Shown here: positions 8,959 to 19,474 of the stretch, piece after piece
Numbering within the stretch: position 1 is the stretch's first letter
How the letters are laid out: every line of letters starts with the position of its first letter
NCBI GenBank assembly: GCA_050050035.1
Contig: JASFVB010000003.1
Location: forward strand, 1 to 39,904
Reading direction: 5' to 3'
Length of the DNA: 39,904 nt
From: Acidimicrobiia bacterium
Lineage (GTDB): Bacteria > Actinomycetota > Acidimicrobiia > Spongiisociales > ZC4RG35
Made by a program: the position numbers and the translations under genes
Notes under the pieces: model-generated
What the model was told of the DNA's origin: nothing
The model's input: the letters and a program-made list of their open reading frames with translations, nothing else
Databases searched by the model: none

Positions 8959-8985
8959 GGGGCCGACGAGTCGTCTCGTCGCCCC
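8959..8985. terminator. GC-rich hairpin between convergent small ORF and rsfS
   Basis: GGGG-C-CGACGAG-tcgt-CTCGTCG-CCCC. Confidence 0.55.
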
Positions 8986-8997
8986 AGCGATCGTTTC

Positions 8998-9363
8998 CTA
9001 GGCCTCGGCGACTGCTTCGTCCGACGCCACCGGCTCCACCCACTCGATCCGATCCACGTCTCCCCAGAGACGCTCCAACGAGTAGTACTCCCTCGCCGGC
9101 TCCTGGAAGAGATGGACGATGATGTCGCCGTAGTCGACGAGCACCCACTCCCCCTCGGTGCGCCCTTCGACGCGAAGGGGCTTGATGCCAAGGACTTCGC
9201 CGATTCTCTCCTCGACATGATCAGCCAGGGCTTGGACGTTGATTCGCGACGAGCCCGTGGCGATGACGAAGACGTCGGAGAGGAAGAACGCCTCCTCAAC
9301 GTCGAGCAGAACTATGTCGGTCCCCTTCTTGGCGAAGATGGCATCCGCTGCCATCCGGGCCAT
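8998..9363 (-). CDS. rsfS: Ribosome silencing factor RsfS
   Basis: KKGTDIVLLDV, DVFVIATGSS, WVLVDYGDIIVHLF..AREYYSLERLW; directly downstream of nadD. Confidence 0.95.
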   Translation of the reverse strand: MARMAADAIFAKKGTDIVLLDVEEAFFLSDVFVIATGSSRINVQALADHVEERIGEVLGIKPLRVEGRTEGEWVLVDYGDIIVHLFQEPAREYYSLERLWGDVDRIEWVEPVASDEAVAEA

Positions 9364-9377
9364 TTCGACACTCTGCT

Positions 9378-9986
9378 CTACGACTGGTCCTCCAACTCGA
9401 TGACGCCTCCCACATTATCCGTCTCAAACGACTCTGTGTAGAGGCCGTGCGACGCGATGTACGCGCGGACGGGCTCGGTGACCAAATACCTATAGGGCCG
9501 TCCCGTCCGAATCCTCTCCCTTATCTCGGTGCCACTCACCTCCAGCAGACCCATCTCGATCGCTATCGAGCCCTCGATGTCGGGCATGGGGGTCCCGGGG
9601 CGAGGGGCGAGCGCGATGGTCGCTCGTTCGACCACGGTCTCCCAGCGATGCCAGGTGCGAAGCCCCGAGGCACTGTCGGCCCCCAGGATCAAGAACAGCT
9701 CTTCGTCGTTCGGGAAGGTGCCGAGAGTGTCAGCGGTGTAGGTCGGCCCGTCACGCTCAACCTCCCGTTCGTCGACCTGGATCTCCTCGACGCCGGTCAC
9801 GGCCGAACGGCACATCTCCAGCCGGTGACGCCCGGGGGTGACCCATCGCCCCGACTTCTGCCAGGGATCACCGGCCGGTATGACCAGGACCCGATCGAGG
9901 TCCAACTGATGTAGCGCGCACTCGGCGGTATGGAGGTGGGCGATGTGGATCGGATCGAAGGTCCCGCCGAGTATTCCGGTTCGCAC
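9378..9986 (-). CDS. nadD: Nicotinate-nucleotide adenylyltransferase
   Basis: GILGGTFDPIHIAHL, PWQK, TYTADTL, ILGADS, VSGTEIRER; GTG start at 9986. Confidence 0.93.
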   Translation of the reverse strand: MRTGILGGTFDPIHIAHLHTAECALHQLDLDRVLVIPAGDPWQKSGRWVTPGRHRLEMCRSAVTGVEEIQVDEREVERDGPTYTADTLGTFPNDEELFLILGADSASGLRTWHRWETVVERATIALAPRPGTPMPDIEGSIAIEMGLLEVSGTEIRERIRTGRPYRYLVTEPVRAYIASHGLYTESFETDNVGGVIELEDQS

Positions 9987-10437
9987 GGCGCCGAGGATAG
10001 GGCCGTGGCGGTGTGACCAAGCGGAGCGCCCTGGTGATGTCCGTCGACCGACAACCCGTCTGCGTCGCCGGGTCGGCGTAGCGTCCGTTGACACGCAGAG
10101 ACAAATGGACCCCTGGCACCCCGTGCGGCCTCCCGGCGTGACCGACCACATCGCCCCTTCTCACCTGCCGACCACCCGACACGTTCACATCCGACAAATA
10201 GGAGACGGAGACCTTCAGCCCCGGTGTCGGCTCTATCGTCACGGTCCTCATCCCCGCCACCGAGCCCGCGAACGTCACCATGCCGGAGGCCGGCGCCCTG
10301 ACAACGCTTCCCTCGGCCGCGGCGTAATCGACTCCCCAATGGCCCCCGTATTGGCCAACGGGCGCGTACGGGGACACGACCGGGCCTGGGACCGGCGGGC
10401 TGATACACACGGCGGCGATGGCAAGTGCTATGTACAT
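9868..10437 (-). CDS. M23 family peptidase domain protein
   Basis: GHWGVDY, VRAPASGMVTFAGSVAG, VRRGDVVG, VHLSLRVNGRYADP; 3' tail overlaps nadD by 119 nt. Confidence 0.8.
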   Translation of the reverse strand: MYIALAIAAVCISPPVPGPVVSPYAPVGQYGGHWGVDYAAAEGSVVRAPASGMVTFAGSVAGMRTVTIEPTPGLKVSVSYLSDVNVSGGRQVRRGDVVGHAGRPHGVPGVHLSLRVNGRYADPATQTGCRSTDITRALRLVTPPRPYPRRRANRNTRRDLRSDPHRPPPYRRVRATSVGPRSGPGHTGR

Positions 10438-10522
10438 CTCTCCCCTGGCCGCGAACATAGGGCCACGAAGTTTCGGAATCCAGGGGTTCGCGCCTAACTT
10501 CGCGACTGATCAAAGGAGACGT

Positions 10523-12558
<2,036 letters not shown>

Positions 12559-12579
12559 CCCCTCCGTTAGCCTCGAGGC

Positions 12580-13410
12580 ATGGAGGTCGAGCGGTTCGAC
12601 GAGGCGGCCGCGTTCCGAAGTCAGGCTCTCCCATACCTGCTCGAGAACGAAGCGGTCAACAACCTCATCCTCGGGGTCAGCAGGACGGCAACCGGCGACA
12701 CCGCCTATCACGAGGACTTTCGCGGCTACGTGGTGCGCCACCACGGCAGGCCGGTCGCGGCCGCGGTGCAGACGCCGCCGTACAACCTCATTCTCTCCGC
12801 AGCCGAGACACCCGAAGCCGTTGGGGCTCTCGCCGGTACGGTGGGATCGCTTCCCGGCGTCATCGGTGTGACCCCATGGGTGGACCACTTCGTGGCGGCT
12901 CGCCCGGAGAAGGCTCGGCGCACGATGCGTCAGGGCGTCTTCGCATTGGCCGAAGTGGTCGCAGTGAGACCCGGGGTGGGAGACTCGCGTCCCGCCTCGC
13001 CGTCTGAGCGGGACCTCCTCATCGCCTGGCAGATCGCCTTTCAAGAGGAGGCTATAGGCGAATCCACTCCCGAGACGGCCGAGCGCATCATCGACCATCG
13101 GCTCGAAGGGCCCGCCGATAGCTTCGGTCTATGGGTGCACGAGGTGGACGGGACCGTTGTGTCGATGAGTGGTCATACCGGTCCGACAGCACACGGGATT
13201 CGCATCGGCCCGGTCTACACGCCGCCCGAGCATCGTGGCAACGGTTACGCGTCGCGACTAGTAGCCGCCGAGTCCCAATGGCTGTTGGACGGCGGGCGTC
13301 GATTCTGTTTCCTCTACACCGACCTCTCCAACCTCACGTCGAACTCGATCTACAGACGGATCGGCTATCGCCAAGTGGCGGAGTCGGCCGAGTACTCGTT
13401 CCTCTCCTAG
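12580..13410 (+). CDS. GNAT family N-acetyltransferase
   Basis: RIGPVYTPPEHRGNGYAS, LYTDLSNLTSNSIYRRIGY. Confidence 0.9.
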   Translation: MEVERFDEAAAFRSQALPYLLENEAVNNLILGVSRTATGDTAYHEDFRGYVVRHHGRPVAAAVQTPPYNLILSAAETPEAVGALAGTVGSLPGVIGVTPWVDHFVAARPEKARRTMRQGVFALAEVVAVRPGVGDSRPASPSERDLLIAWQIAFQEEAIGESTPETAERIIDHRLEGPADSFGLWVHEVDGTVVSMSGHTGPTAHGIRIGPVYTPPEHRGNGYASRLVAAESQWLLDGGRRFCFLYTDLSNLTSNSIYRRIGYRQVAESAEYSFLS

Positions 13411-13491
13411 GTCCAACGGGGACTCCGTCGTCCCAACCGAACGACAATCTGGAGACGAATAGACTTGCCGCCCAGACGACGAGGCACCCGC

Positions 13492-14016
13492 ATGGACCAT
13501 AGAGGGCAGATTCAGACTGGTGGGACGGAATCGGGAGAGCCGTGGGTGGATGGCTGGTGTCGGCTGAGCGAAGACCGCGTCGTCTTCTTCGTGAACGACA
13601 TCGAAGTCCTGGCGCTCACACGTGACACGGCCGCTATCAAGGAGGAGGCCGAGACCGTGTTCGGGGTCGGCGGCAGTGACGAGCCCTTCTTCTTCCACCC
13701 GGCCAACGCCGATGCCTTCCGAATCGACCTGTCGGGCGAGGCCGCCACAGCCGCCGCACGCGTCAGGCTGGCTGCCTCACAGACTCCGACACGCCCAGCC
13801 GTCGCCGGGACTGCCGCCAAGTCCAAGGTTGCCGCTGGGTTGTTGGGCATCCTCCTCGGGGGAATCGGCGCACACAAGTTCTATCTCGGTGACATCGGGC
13901 TCGGCATCCTCTATCTGCTCTTCGTGTGGACCGGGATCCCGTCGATCGTCGGGCTCATCGAAGGAATCATCTACCTCACGATGACTGACGAGGCGTTCGC
14001 CGCGAAGTACGGGTGA
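13492..14016 (+). CDS. TM2 domain-containing protein
   Basis: KSKVAAGLLGILLGGIGAHKFYLG...LYLLFVWTGIP..VGLIEGIIYL at the C-terminus; unrecognised N-terminal ~110 aa. Confidence 0.85.
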   Translation: MDHRGQIQTGGTESGEPWVDGWCRLSEDRVVFFVNDIEVLALTRDTAAIKEEAETVFGVGGSDEPFFFHPANADAFRIDLSGEAATAAARVRLAASQTPTRPAVAGTAAKSKVAAGLLGILLGGIGAHKFYLGDIGLGILYLLFVWTGIPSIVGLIEGIIYLTMTDEAFAAKYG

Positions 14017-14017
14017 T

Positions 14018-15184
14018 TCAGTCGTCACTCCTGACCACCAGCGCAGCAAGGAAGACCACGCCGGCACTCACCGCCACGGGTAGCGCGCGGGAGCCGGTGA
14101 TGTCGGCGAACGTCGCCGTGACCAACGGGCCCGCAGCGCTGGCCAGCAGGAACACCAGGGTGACCAGACCCATCGCCGTGCCCATGCTCGTCTCCCCGAA
14201 GACGTTCTTCGAGTGCATCCCGATCAGCGGTGACACGGCTCCGATGCCAAACCCGGCTGCGATGGCGTAGGTCGCCGCGAGCAGCGGATTGCTGGCAAAT
14301 GCCAATGCCAGCGACCCGATCGCTATCGCCGTGTAGGCGATCCTCAACGTGGTGGCCACCCCGACCCGGCTGACGATCGGCATCAGGGGGAGACGCCCGC
14401 CCAACTGGGCGAAACCACGGAAACCGGCCCAGAACGATGCGGCCCCGAGAGCGAGCCCGGCCGATGTCATCGCAGGCACCTGGTAAACGAGGATCGTCCC
14501 GACTCCGATCCCGGCCAGGCCCTGGCTGATCAGCAACCGGCGCGCTCTCGCCGACCGCAGCGACTGCCCGACGTGACCGACGATGGAGGGACGATGGGCG
14601 TCCTCGCGTCGTCGGGTGTCGATCATGACCGCTCCGACGAGGAGTGCGAGCGTGGTGGACACGGCGAGCAGCCGAAGCGTCGTGCGCCAGTCCAACTGGG
14701 TGACGAGCCACGCACTCAACGGGATGTAGATCGGGCTGGCGAAAGCGCCCCAGATGGTCAGGATGGCGATCGCCCGATCCTCCGAGCGCGGGCTGACCCG
14801 GACTGCCACTGTCTGGGTCACGTGATAGAAGCCAAGGGACGCCAGGACTCCCCCACCAACGGCTCCGGCGACGGCGAACACCCCCGCACTCTCCGCACTC
14901 GCCGACACCAGAAGCGCACCCCCACCCAAGAGGGCCGCCACCGTGAACACGAGTCGGCTGCCCCATCGATCGAGAACCCACCCTCCTACGAGTGCCCCGA
15001 ATCCGGCTACGACGGTCGAGGAGCTGAACACCGCGGCCACGGCCGGCTCGCTCCAACCGGTGTCCACGATGATCGGGTCGAGGAGCACTCCGAAGCTGTA
15101 GAACCACGACCCGTACACGGCGATCGTGATGAGCCCGAGGACGGCGATCCTGCCATGTGGCACCGTCTTGGCCTCAGTCGTCAT
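14018..15184 (-). CDS. MFS transporter
   Basis: About 12 hydrophobic segments, GWVLDRWGSR motif A. Confidence 0.88.
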   Translation of the reverse strand: MTTEAKTVPHGRIAVLGLITIAVYGSWFYSFGVLLDPIIVDTGWSEPAVAAVFSSSTVVAGFGALVGGWVLDRWGSRLVFTVAALLGGGALLVSASAESAGVFAVAGAVGGGVLASLGFYHVTQTVAVRVSPRSEDRAIAILTIWGAFASPIYIPLSAWLVTQLDWRTTLRLLAVSTTLALLVGAVMIDTRRREDAHRPSIVGHVGQSLRSARARRLLISQGLAGIGVGTILVYQVPAMTSAGLALGAASFWAGFRGFAQLGGRLPLMPIVSRVGVATTLRIAYTAIAIGSLALAFASNPLLAATYAIAAGFGIGAVSPLIGMHSKNVFGETSMGTAMGLVTLVFLLASAAGPLVTATFADITGSRALPVAVSAGVVFLAALVVRSDD

Positions 15185-15237
15185 CCAGGAACCCTAGACA
15201 GCCATATCGACGTCGGTCAATGCATGAGCCGTTCAAC

Positions 15238-15292
15238 ACCGTTCTGTGGAGGCTGAGCGCGCGTGACGCGCGCTCAGCCTCCACAGAACGGT
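15238..15292. repeat. Perfect 27-bp inverted repeat with 1-nt spacer (long hairpin/terminator)
   Basis: ACCGTTCTGTGGAGGCTGAGCGCGCGT-G-ACGCGCGCTCAGCCTCCACAGAACGGT, immediately after the molybdoenzyme stop. Confidence 0.9.
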
Positions 15293-15293
15293 C

Positions 15294-17588
15294 TCACGTC
15301 GTCTGAAGCACCCTCCAGATCTGCTCGGCTGTGACTGGAACCTGGACCTCGGCCCCGTCGAGGGCGTCGGAGATCGCATTGAGCACCGCCGGCGTCGAGC
15401 CGATTGCCCCGGCCTCGCCTATCCCCTTTGCGCCGAGGGGGTTCGTCGGGGTCGTGGTGACCGTTGCGTCCAGCCCGAACGACGGCAGAGAGCCGGCGGT
15501 GGGCATCAGGTAGTCCATGAAAGAGCTGGTGACGAGATTCCCGTCGTCGTCGTAGACGACCTTCTCCCACATCGCCTGACCCACGCCTTGGGCCAATCCA
15601 CCATGCCTCTGGCCGTTTGCCAGCATGGGGTTGATGATGTTCCCCGCGTCGTCAACAGCCCACATGCGGTCGAGACGAGGCGAGCCCGAGTCGTTGTCGA
15701 TCTCGACGACCGCGAGATGCATCCCAAACGGGTAGTTGCGGCCTCCCGACCTGAAATGCACCTCGTCGTCGAGCCCCGGGGTGTCTCCTTCGGGGACGTT
15801 TCCGGAGAGTGCAGCCGAGACGATTTCCTCCCAGGTGACGGAGACGTCGGTTCCCACCACCTTGGCCAGCCCATCCTCGAGGATGATGTCTGCATCGGAG
15901 GCCTCGAGCAGGTGCCCGGCGATGCGCGTCGCCTTCGCGGCCACCTCCGAGGCAACGGCGTGGCTGGCCGATCCCCCGTGTGCCACCGAACGTGAGCCGG
16001 ACGTTCCAAAGCCGTAGGGCGATGCCGACGTGTCGCCCTGCTCGATCCGCACCCGGGCGACGTCGAGGCCAAGCACCTGCGCGACGATCTGGGCGAAAGT
16101 GGTCCGGTGTCCCTGGCCCTGGTCGAGGGTCTCCACGTAACAGGTGACCGACCCGTCCGATGTCACCTGGATCCGCGCCGCACCCCAACTCTCGAAACCG
16201 CAAACCTCGACATATGCCGCAAGGCCGATGCCCAACAACCGCCCTTCCTCACGGGCGGCGGCCTGCTCGGTGCGCAAGCCCTGGTAATCGGCTACCTCGA
16301 GCAGCTTGTCAAGTGCGCGCTCGTACTCGCCGGTGTCGAACACGTAGCCACCCATCTCCTTGCCACCCGACGAGGCATAGGGGAACTGGTCGGGCCGGAT
16401 GAAGTTGCGCCGCCGGACCTCGGCCGGGTCGACCCCGGTCGCATGAGCGATGGCGTCGATGACTCGTTCGATGGTGAGGGTCGCTTCGGGACGGCCCGCC
16501 CCCCGGTATATCCCGCGGGGCGCCCGGTTGGTGAACACACCGCGCATTCTCCAGCCGTACACCGGCACCTGGTAGTTACCGGTCCCGATCCGCGGCGTCA
16601 ACTCCGTGAACGGTATGTAGCGGGCCCGACACCCCAGGTCGATGAGGCTGTCCAGCCAGAGAGCCTCGATCTTCCCGTCGGTGTCGGCGACTACCTCGTA
16701 GCGATGCCGCTGCGCCCGGCCGTGGCCGATGGTCAGCATGTGCTCACGCCGTGACTCGACCCACTTGACCGGCCGTCCGGTCTCTCTTGCCGCGTGAATC
16801 GTCAGGTACTCCTCCTCGGCAAGGTCGAACTTGGCCCCGAAGCCGCCACCGACAAACGGCGTGATGACCCGCACCTCAGATTGAGCCAGGCCGAAGTCCG
16901 AAGCGATTTGGTCCCGCATCAAATGCGGTGCTTGCGTGGCCAAGTGGACGGTGACGCCACCTTCTCGCCATTCCGCGAGGATCACCCGGCTCTCCATGGG
17001 TGCCGGGGCTACGCGGGGGTGATCCACGACCCCGCTCAAGCGGATCGGGCCGTCGACGGCCTCGAACGTCTCGCGGTCCCCCTTGGAGAGGTCGTAGGCC
17101 ACATTCGTCCCTGAGCCGAGCCCCTCATGGATCGGCGGAGCCTCGACTGCCTGCTCGACGTCACCGACCACGTCGAGCGGCTCGTAGTCGACGAAGACGA
17201 GATCGGCCGCATCGCGGGCCGCAGCCGGTGAGTCGGCGATGACCGCTGCCACCGGGTCACCCGGCATGAGCACTCTGCCTTGAACGAGAGGCCACCGGCG
17301 GGGGACGTTGCGGTCGGGTCGCGGAGTCGGGGGCATCACCGCCTCGGATACGTCCTCGGGTCTGATGACCCGCCAGACACCAGGTGATTCCTCCGCGGCC
17401 GACGTGTCGATCCCGGTCACATCGGCGTGTGGGAGCGGGGATCGGACGATGGCGAGATACAACGTCCCGGTCGGCGTCAGGTCTTCGACATAGGTGGCCG
17501 TCCCGGAGACGAGGGCGGGGTCCTCGCGGCGCTGTACGGGCGCACCGATGAACGAGGGAATGATCGATTCGGTAGTCACCGGCAGCAC
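15294..17588 (-). CDS. Xanthine dehydrogenase family molybdopterin-binding large subunit (CoxL form II-like)
   Basis: IGAPVQRRED, VGGGFGAK, IYRGAGRPEA, QGQGHRT, GTSGSRS, GGLAQGVGQA, GAKGIGEAG. Confidence 0.92.
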   Translation of the reverse strand: MLPVTTESIIPSFIGAPVQRREDPALVSGTATYVEDLTPTGTLYLAIVRSPLPHADVTGIDTSAAEESPGVWRVIRPEDVSEAVMPPTPRPDRNVPRRWPLVQGRVLMPGDPVAAVIADSPAAARDAADLVFVDYEPLDVVGDVEQAVEAPPIHEGLGSGTNVAYDLSKGDRETFEAVDGPIRLSGVVDHPRVAPAPMESRVILAEWREGGVTVHLATQAPHLMRDQIASDFGLAQSEVRVITPFVGGGFGAKFDLAEEEYLTIHAARETGRPVKWVESRREHMLTIGHGRAQRHRYEVVADTDGKIEALWLDSLIDLGCRARYIPFTELTPRIGTGNYQVPVYGWRMRGVFTNRAPRGIYRGAGRPEATLTIERVIDAIAHATGVDPAEVRRRNFIRPDQFPYASSGGKEMGGYVFDTGEYERALDKLLEVADYQGLRTEQAAAREEGRLLGIGLAAYVEVCGFESWGAARIQVTSDGSVTCYVETLDQGQGHRTTFAQIVAQVLGLDVARVRIEQGDTSASPYGFGTSGSRSVAHGGSASHAVASEVAAKATRIAGHLLEASDADIILEDGLAKVVGTDVSVTWEEIVSAALSGNVPEGDTPGLDDEVHFRSGGRNYPFGMHLAVVEIDNDSGSPRLDRMWAVDDAGNIINPMLANGQRHGGLAQGVGQAMWEKVVYDDDGNLVTSSFMDYLMPTAGSLPSFGLDATVTTTPTNPLGAKGIGEAGAIGSTPAVLNAISDALDGAEVQVPVTAEQIWRVLQTT

Positions 17589-17609
17589 ACTAACGAGTGC
17601 CGCGGTGAG

Positions 17610-17975
17610 CTATTCGAGCAACGAGAGAACCGTCGCCCTGAAGTCGTTTGGCTGGAAGGGTTTGGTGACGAAGGCATCAGCACCGCCCTCGTTGGCCCTC
17701 CGTCTGGACTCTTCCTCGGCGTGGGCGGTCAACACGACGACCGGGATGCTCTCGGTGGTCTGATCACGGCGGATCCGGTCGAGAACCTGCCAACCATCCA
17801 TGCCGGGCAAACCGATGTCGAGAACCACGAGGTCGGGGGATTCCGAGCTCACGGCTTGAAGACCGGTCTTTCCATCGTCACGGGTGATGATCTCGAGGTC
17901 TGCGGCGCGCAGGCAGACTTCGATCAAACGTCGGATTACGGCGCTGTCCTCGACAATCAGAATTCGTGAACCCAT
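17610..17975 (-). CDS. Single-domain response regulator (CheY-like receiver)
   Basis: ILIVEDS, DLVVLDIGLPGMDG, VLTA, FVTKPF. Confidence 0.93.
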   Translation of the reverse strand: MGSRILIVEDSAVIRRLIEVCLRAADLEIITRDDGKTGLQAVSSESPDLVVLDIGLPGMDGWQVLDRIRRDQTTESIPVVVLTAHAEEESRRRANEGGADAFVTKPFQPNDFRATVLSLLE

Positions 17976-18015
17976 TGATGTACCTCTTATCGCAGCCCTC
18001 TTGAGGCTCCCACCG

Positions 18016-18043
18016 GTATCGGCACTACACGACCCTGGGTTTA
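18016..18043 (-). promoter_or_regulatory. Putative sigma28/WhiG-type promoter TAAA-N16-GCCGATAC
   Basis: Minus strand reads TAAA cccagggtcgtgtagt GCCGATAC, 40 bp before the response regulator ATG. Confidence 0.5.
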
Positions 18044-19474
18044 GACATTCTGGAGGTTTCGACCAGACGGCAATGTCAGGGTCTCAACGAACTCCTCCAA
18101 CTGACGCAGTGTCCTGACCTCGTGCACCGAGGTGCAGTGTTTCGCATAGTGGGACATGGTCGAATCTCCCGTGTCCCAATACGCCATCGGCTCCGGATTG
18201 AGCCAGATGAGCCCTCTCGCGGCTTTCGCCACTTCGCCCAGCACGCCGTCCCGAGCCGGTCGGTAGTTGTTCCTGGCGTCCCCGGTGATGATCACTGTGG
18301 TGCGCGGGGTCAGCTGGCTGCCGTACCGGCTGTAGAACGTCTCCATCGAATTCCCGTAGTCGGAATGGCCGTCCAGCCATACCACCTCCGCTTCGGTCGT
18401 GATACGCGAGACGGCCGAGCCGAAGTCGATCCCGGGCCCAAAGAAGTCGGTCACTTCGTCGATCGTGTCGACAAAGGCAAAGGAGCGCAGCTTTGAGAAA
18501 TGAGTGGCCATGGCGTGTGTGAACTGGAGAGTGAATCGCGAGAAGGTGGCCATCGAACCGGAGATGTCACACAGAAGCCATACCTCGGGACGATGCGGCT
18601 TGGGGTGACGGAACTGTGGGTCTGCAGGCACACCGCCCGTTGCCAGCGACCGCCGCACCGTCCGACGGAAGTCGAGACGACCGGTACGCCGCTTGCGTCG
18701 GCGTGCCAGTCTCGCCGCCAGCTTTCGCGTCAGTGGACCGATTGCAGCTTCCATATCGGCCAGGTCCTTGGTTGTCGCATGCATGAGATCGATGTCCTCG
18801 ATGAGTGGTCTGCGGAGAGTCCGCGCCACGGCGTCACGGCCTCGGTCGGCTACGAGTCGTCGCCTGATCTCCTCCTGGATCTCGGTTCGGAGTTGTTCGA
18901 TCAAGGCCTCGACCTCCTCCTCGAGCAGCCGTTGCTCGAACTCCGACAACTCGGAGTCCCCGGTGAGCGCCTCCAGCAACTCGGTCTCCAACCGCTCCAT
19001 GTCGAGACGGCGCAACGTCCGATAGAGGTAGTACGTGCCGCCCACCGGCCGACCCGGCTCCATCCCGGCGAGACGGTCGACAGCGTTCCTGACCCCACGA
19101 CGCAGAGCCTCCGGGTCCATGTCGGCCAGAGCGTTCAGCAACGCGTCGAACAGCGCTTCTTCGTCGACCTCCCCACCTGCTCCGCCTCCTCCTCCTTCCG
19201 TCGACTCCCCCGGCGCCGGCCCGTCCTCGATGGTCGGCTCGTTCTCGTCGCCGGGCTGTGGCACCAGCGCGAAATAGATGTCGAATGCCGTGTCGAAGGC
19301 GCGCTCATGCCGAAGATTCTTGACCAGGGTGGCCCGCAACGTCTCACGCAGTGCCACACGCTCGCCGATGTCGATGCTCTCGATCGCACGCATGGCGTCG
19401 ATGGCCTCGACCATCGAGACGGGCACTCCCGCATCGCGGAGCTCGTCGACAAATCCGGTGATGACCGGAAGCAT
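18041..19474 (-). CDS. VWA domain protein, CoxE-like
   Basis: FVDELRDAGVPVS, GRLDFRRTVRRSL, LCDISGSM (MIDAS), GHSDYG, ITGDARNNY, WLNPEP. Confidence 0.9.
   Translation of the reverse strand: MLPVITGFVDELRDAGVPVSMVEAIDAMRAIESIDIGERVALRETLRATLVKNLRHERAFDTAFDIYFALVPQPGDENEPTIEDGPAPGESTEGGGGGAGGEVDEEALFDALLNALADMDPEALRRGVRNAVDRLAGMEPGRPVGGTYYLYRTLRRLDMERLETELLEALTGDSELSEFEQRLLEEEVEALIEQLRTEIQEEIRRRLVADRGRDAVARTLRRPLIEDIDLMHATTKDLADMEAAIGPLTRKLAARLARRRKRRTGRLDFRRTVRRSLATGGVPADPQFRHPKPHRPEVWLLCDISGSMATFSRFTLQFTHAMATHFSKLRSFAFVDTIDEVTDFFGPGIDFGSAVSRITTEAEVVWLDGHSDYGNSMETFYSRYGSQLTPRTTVIITGDARNNYRPARDGVLGEVAKAARGLIWLNPEPMAYWDTGDSTMSHYAKHCTSVHEVRTLRQLEEFVETLTLPSGRNLQNV

Noticed and set aside
15294-17588. 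Aerobic CO dehydrogenase (form I coxL)
   Set aside because: Lacks the AYxCSFR motif (has IYRGAGR) and no coxM/coxS is adjacent
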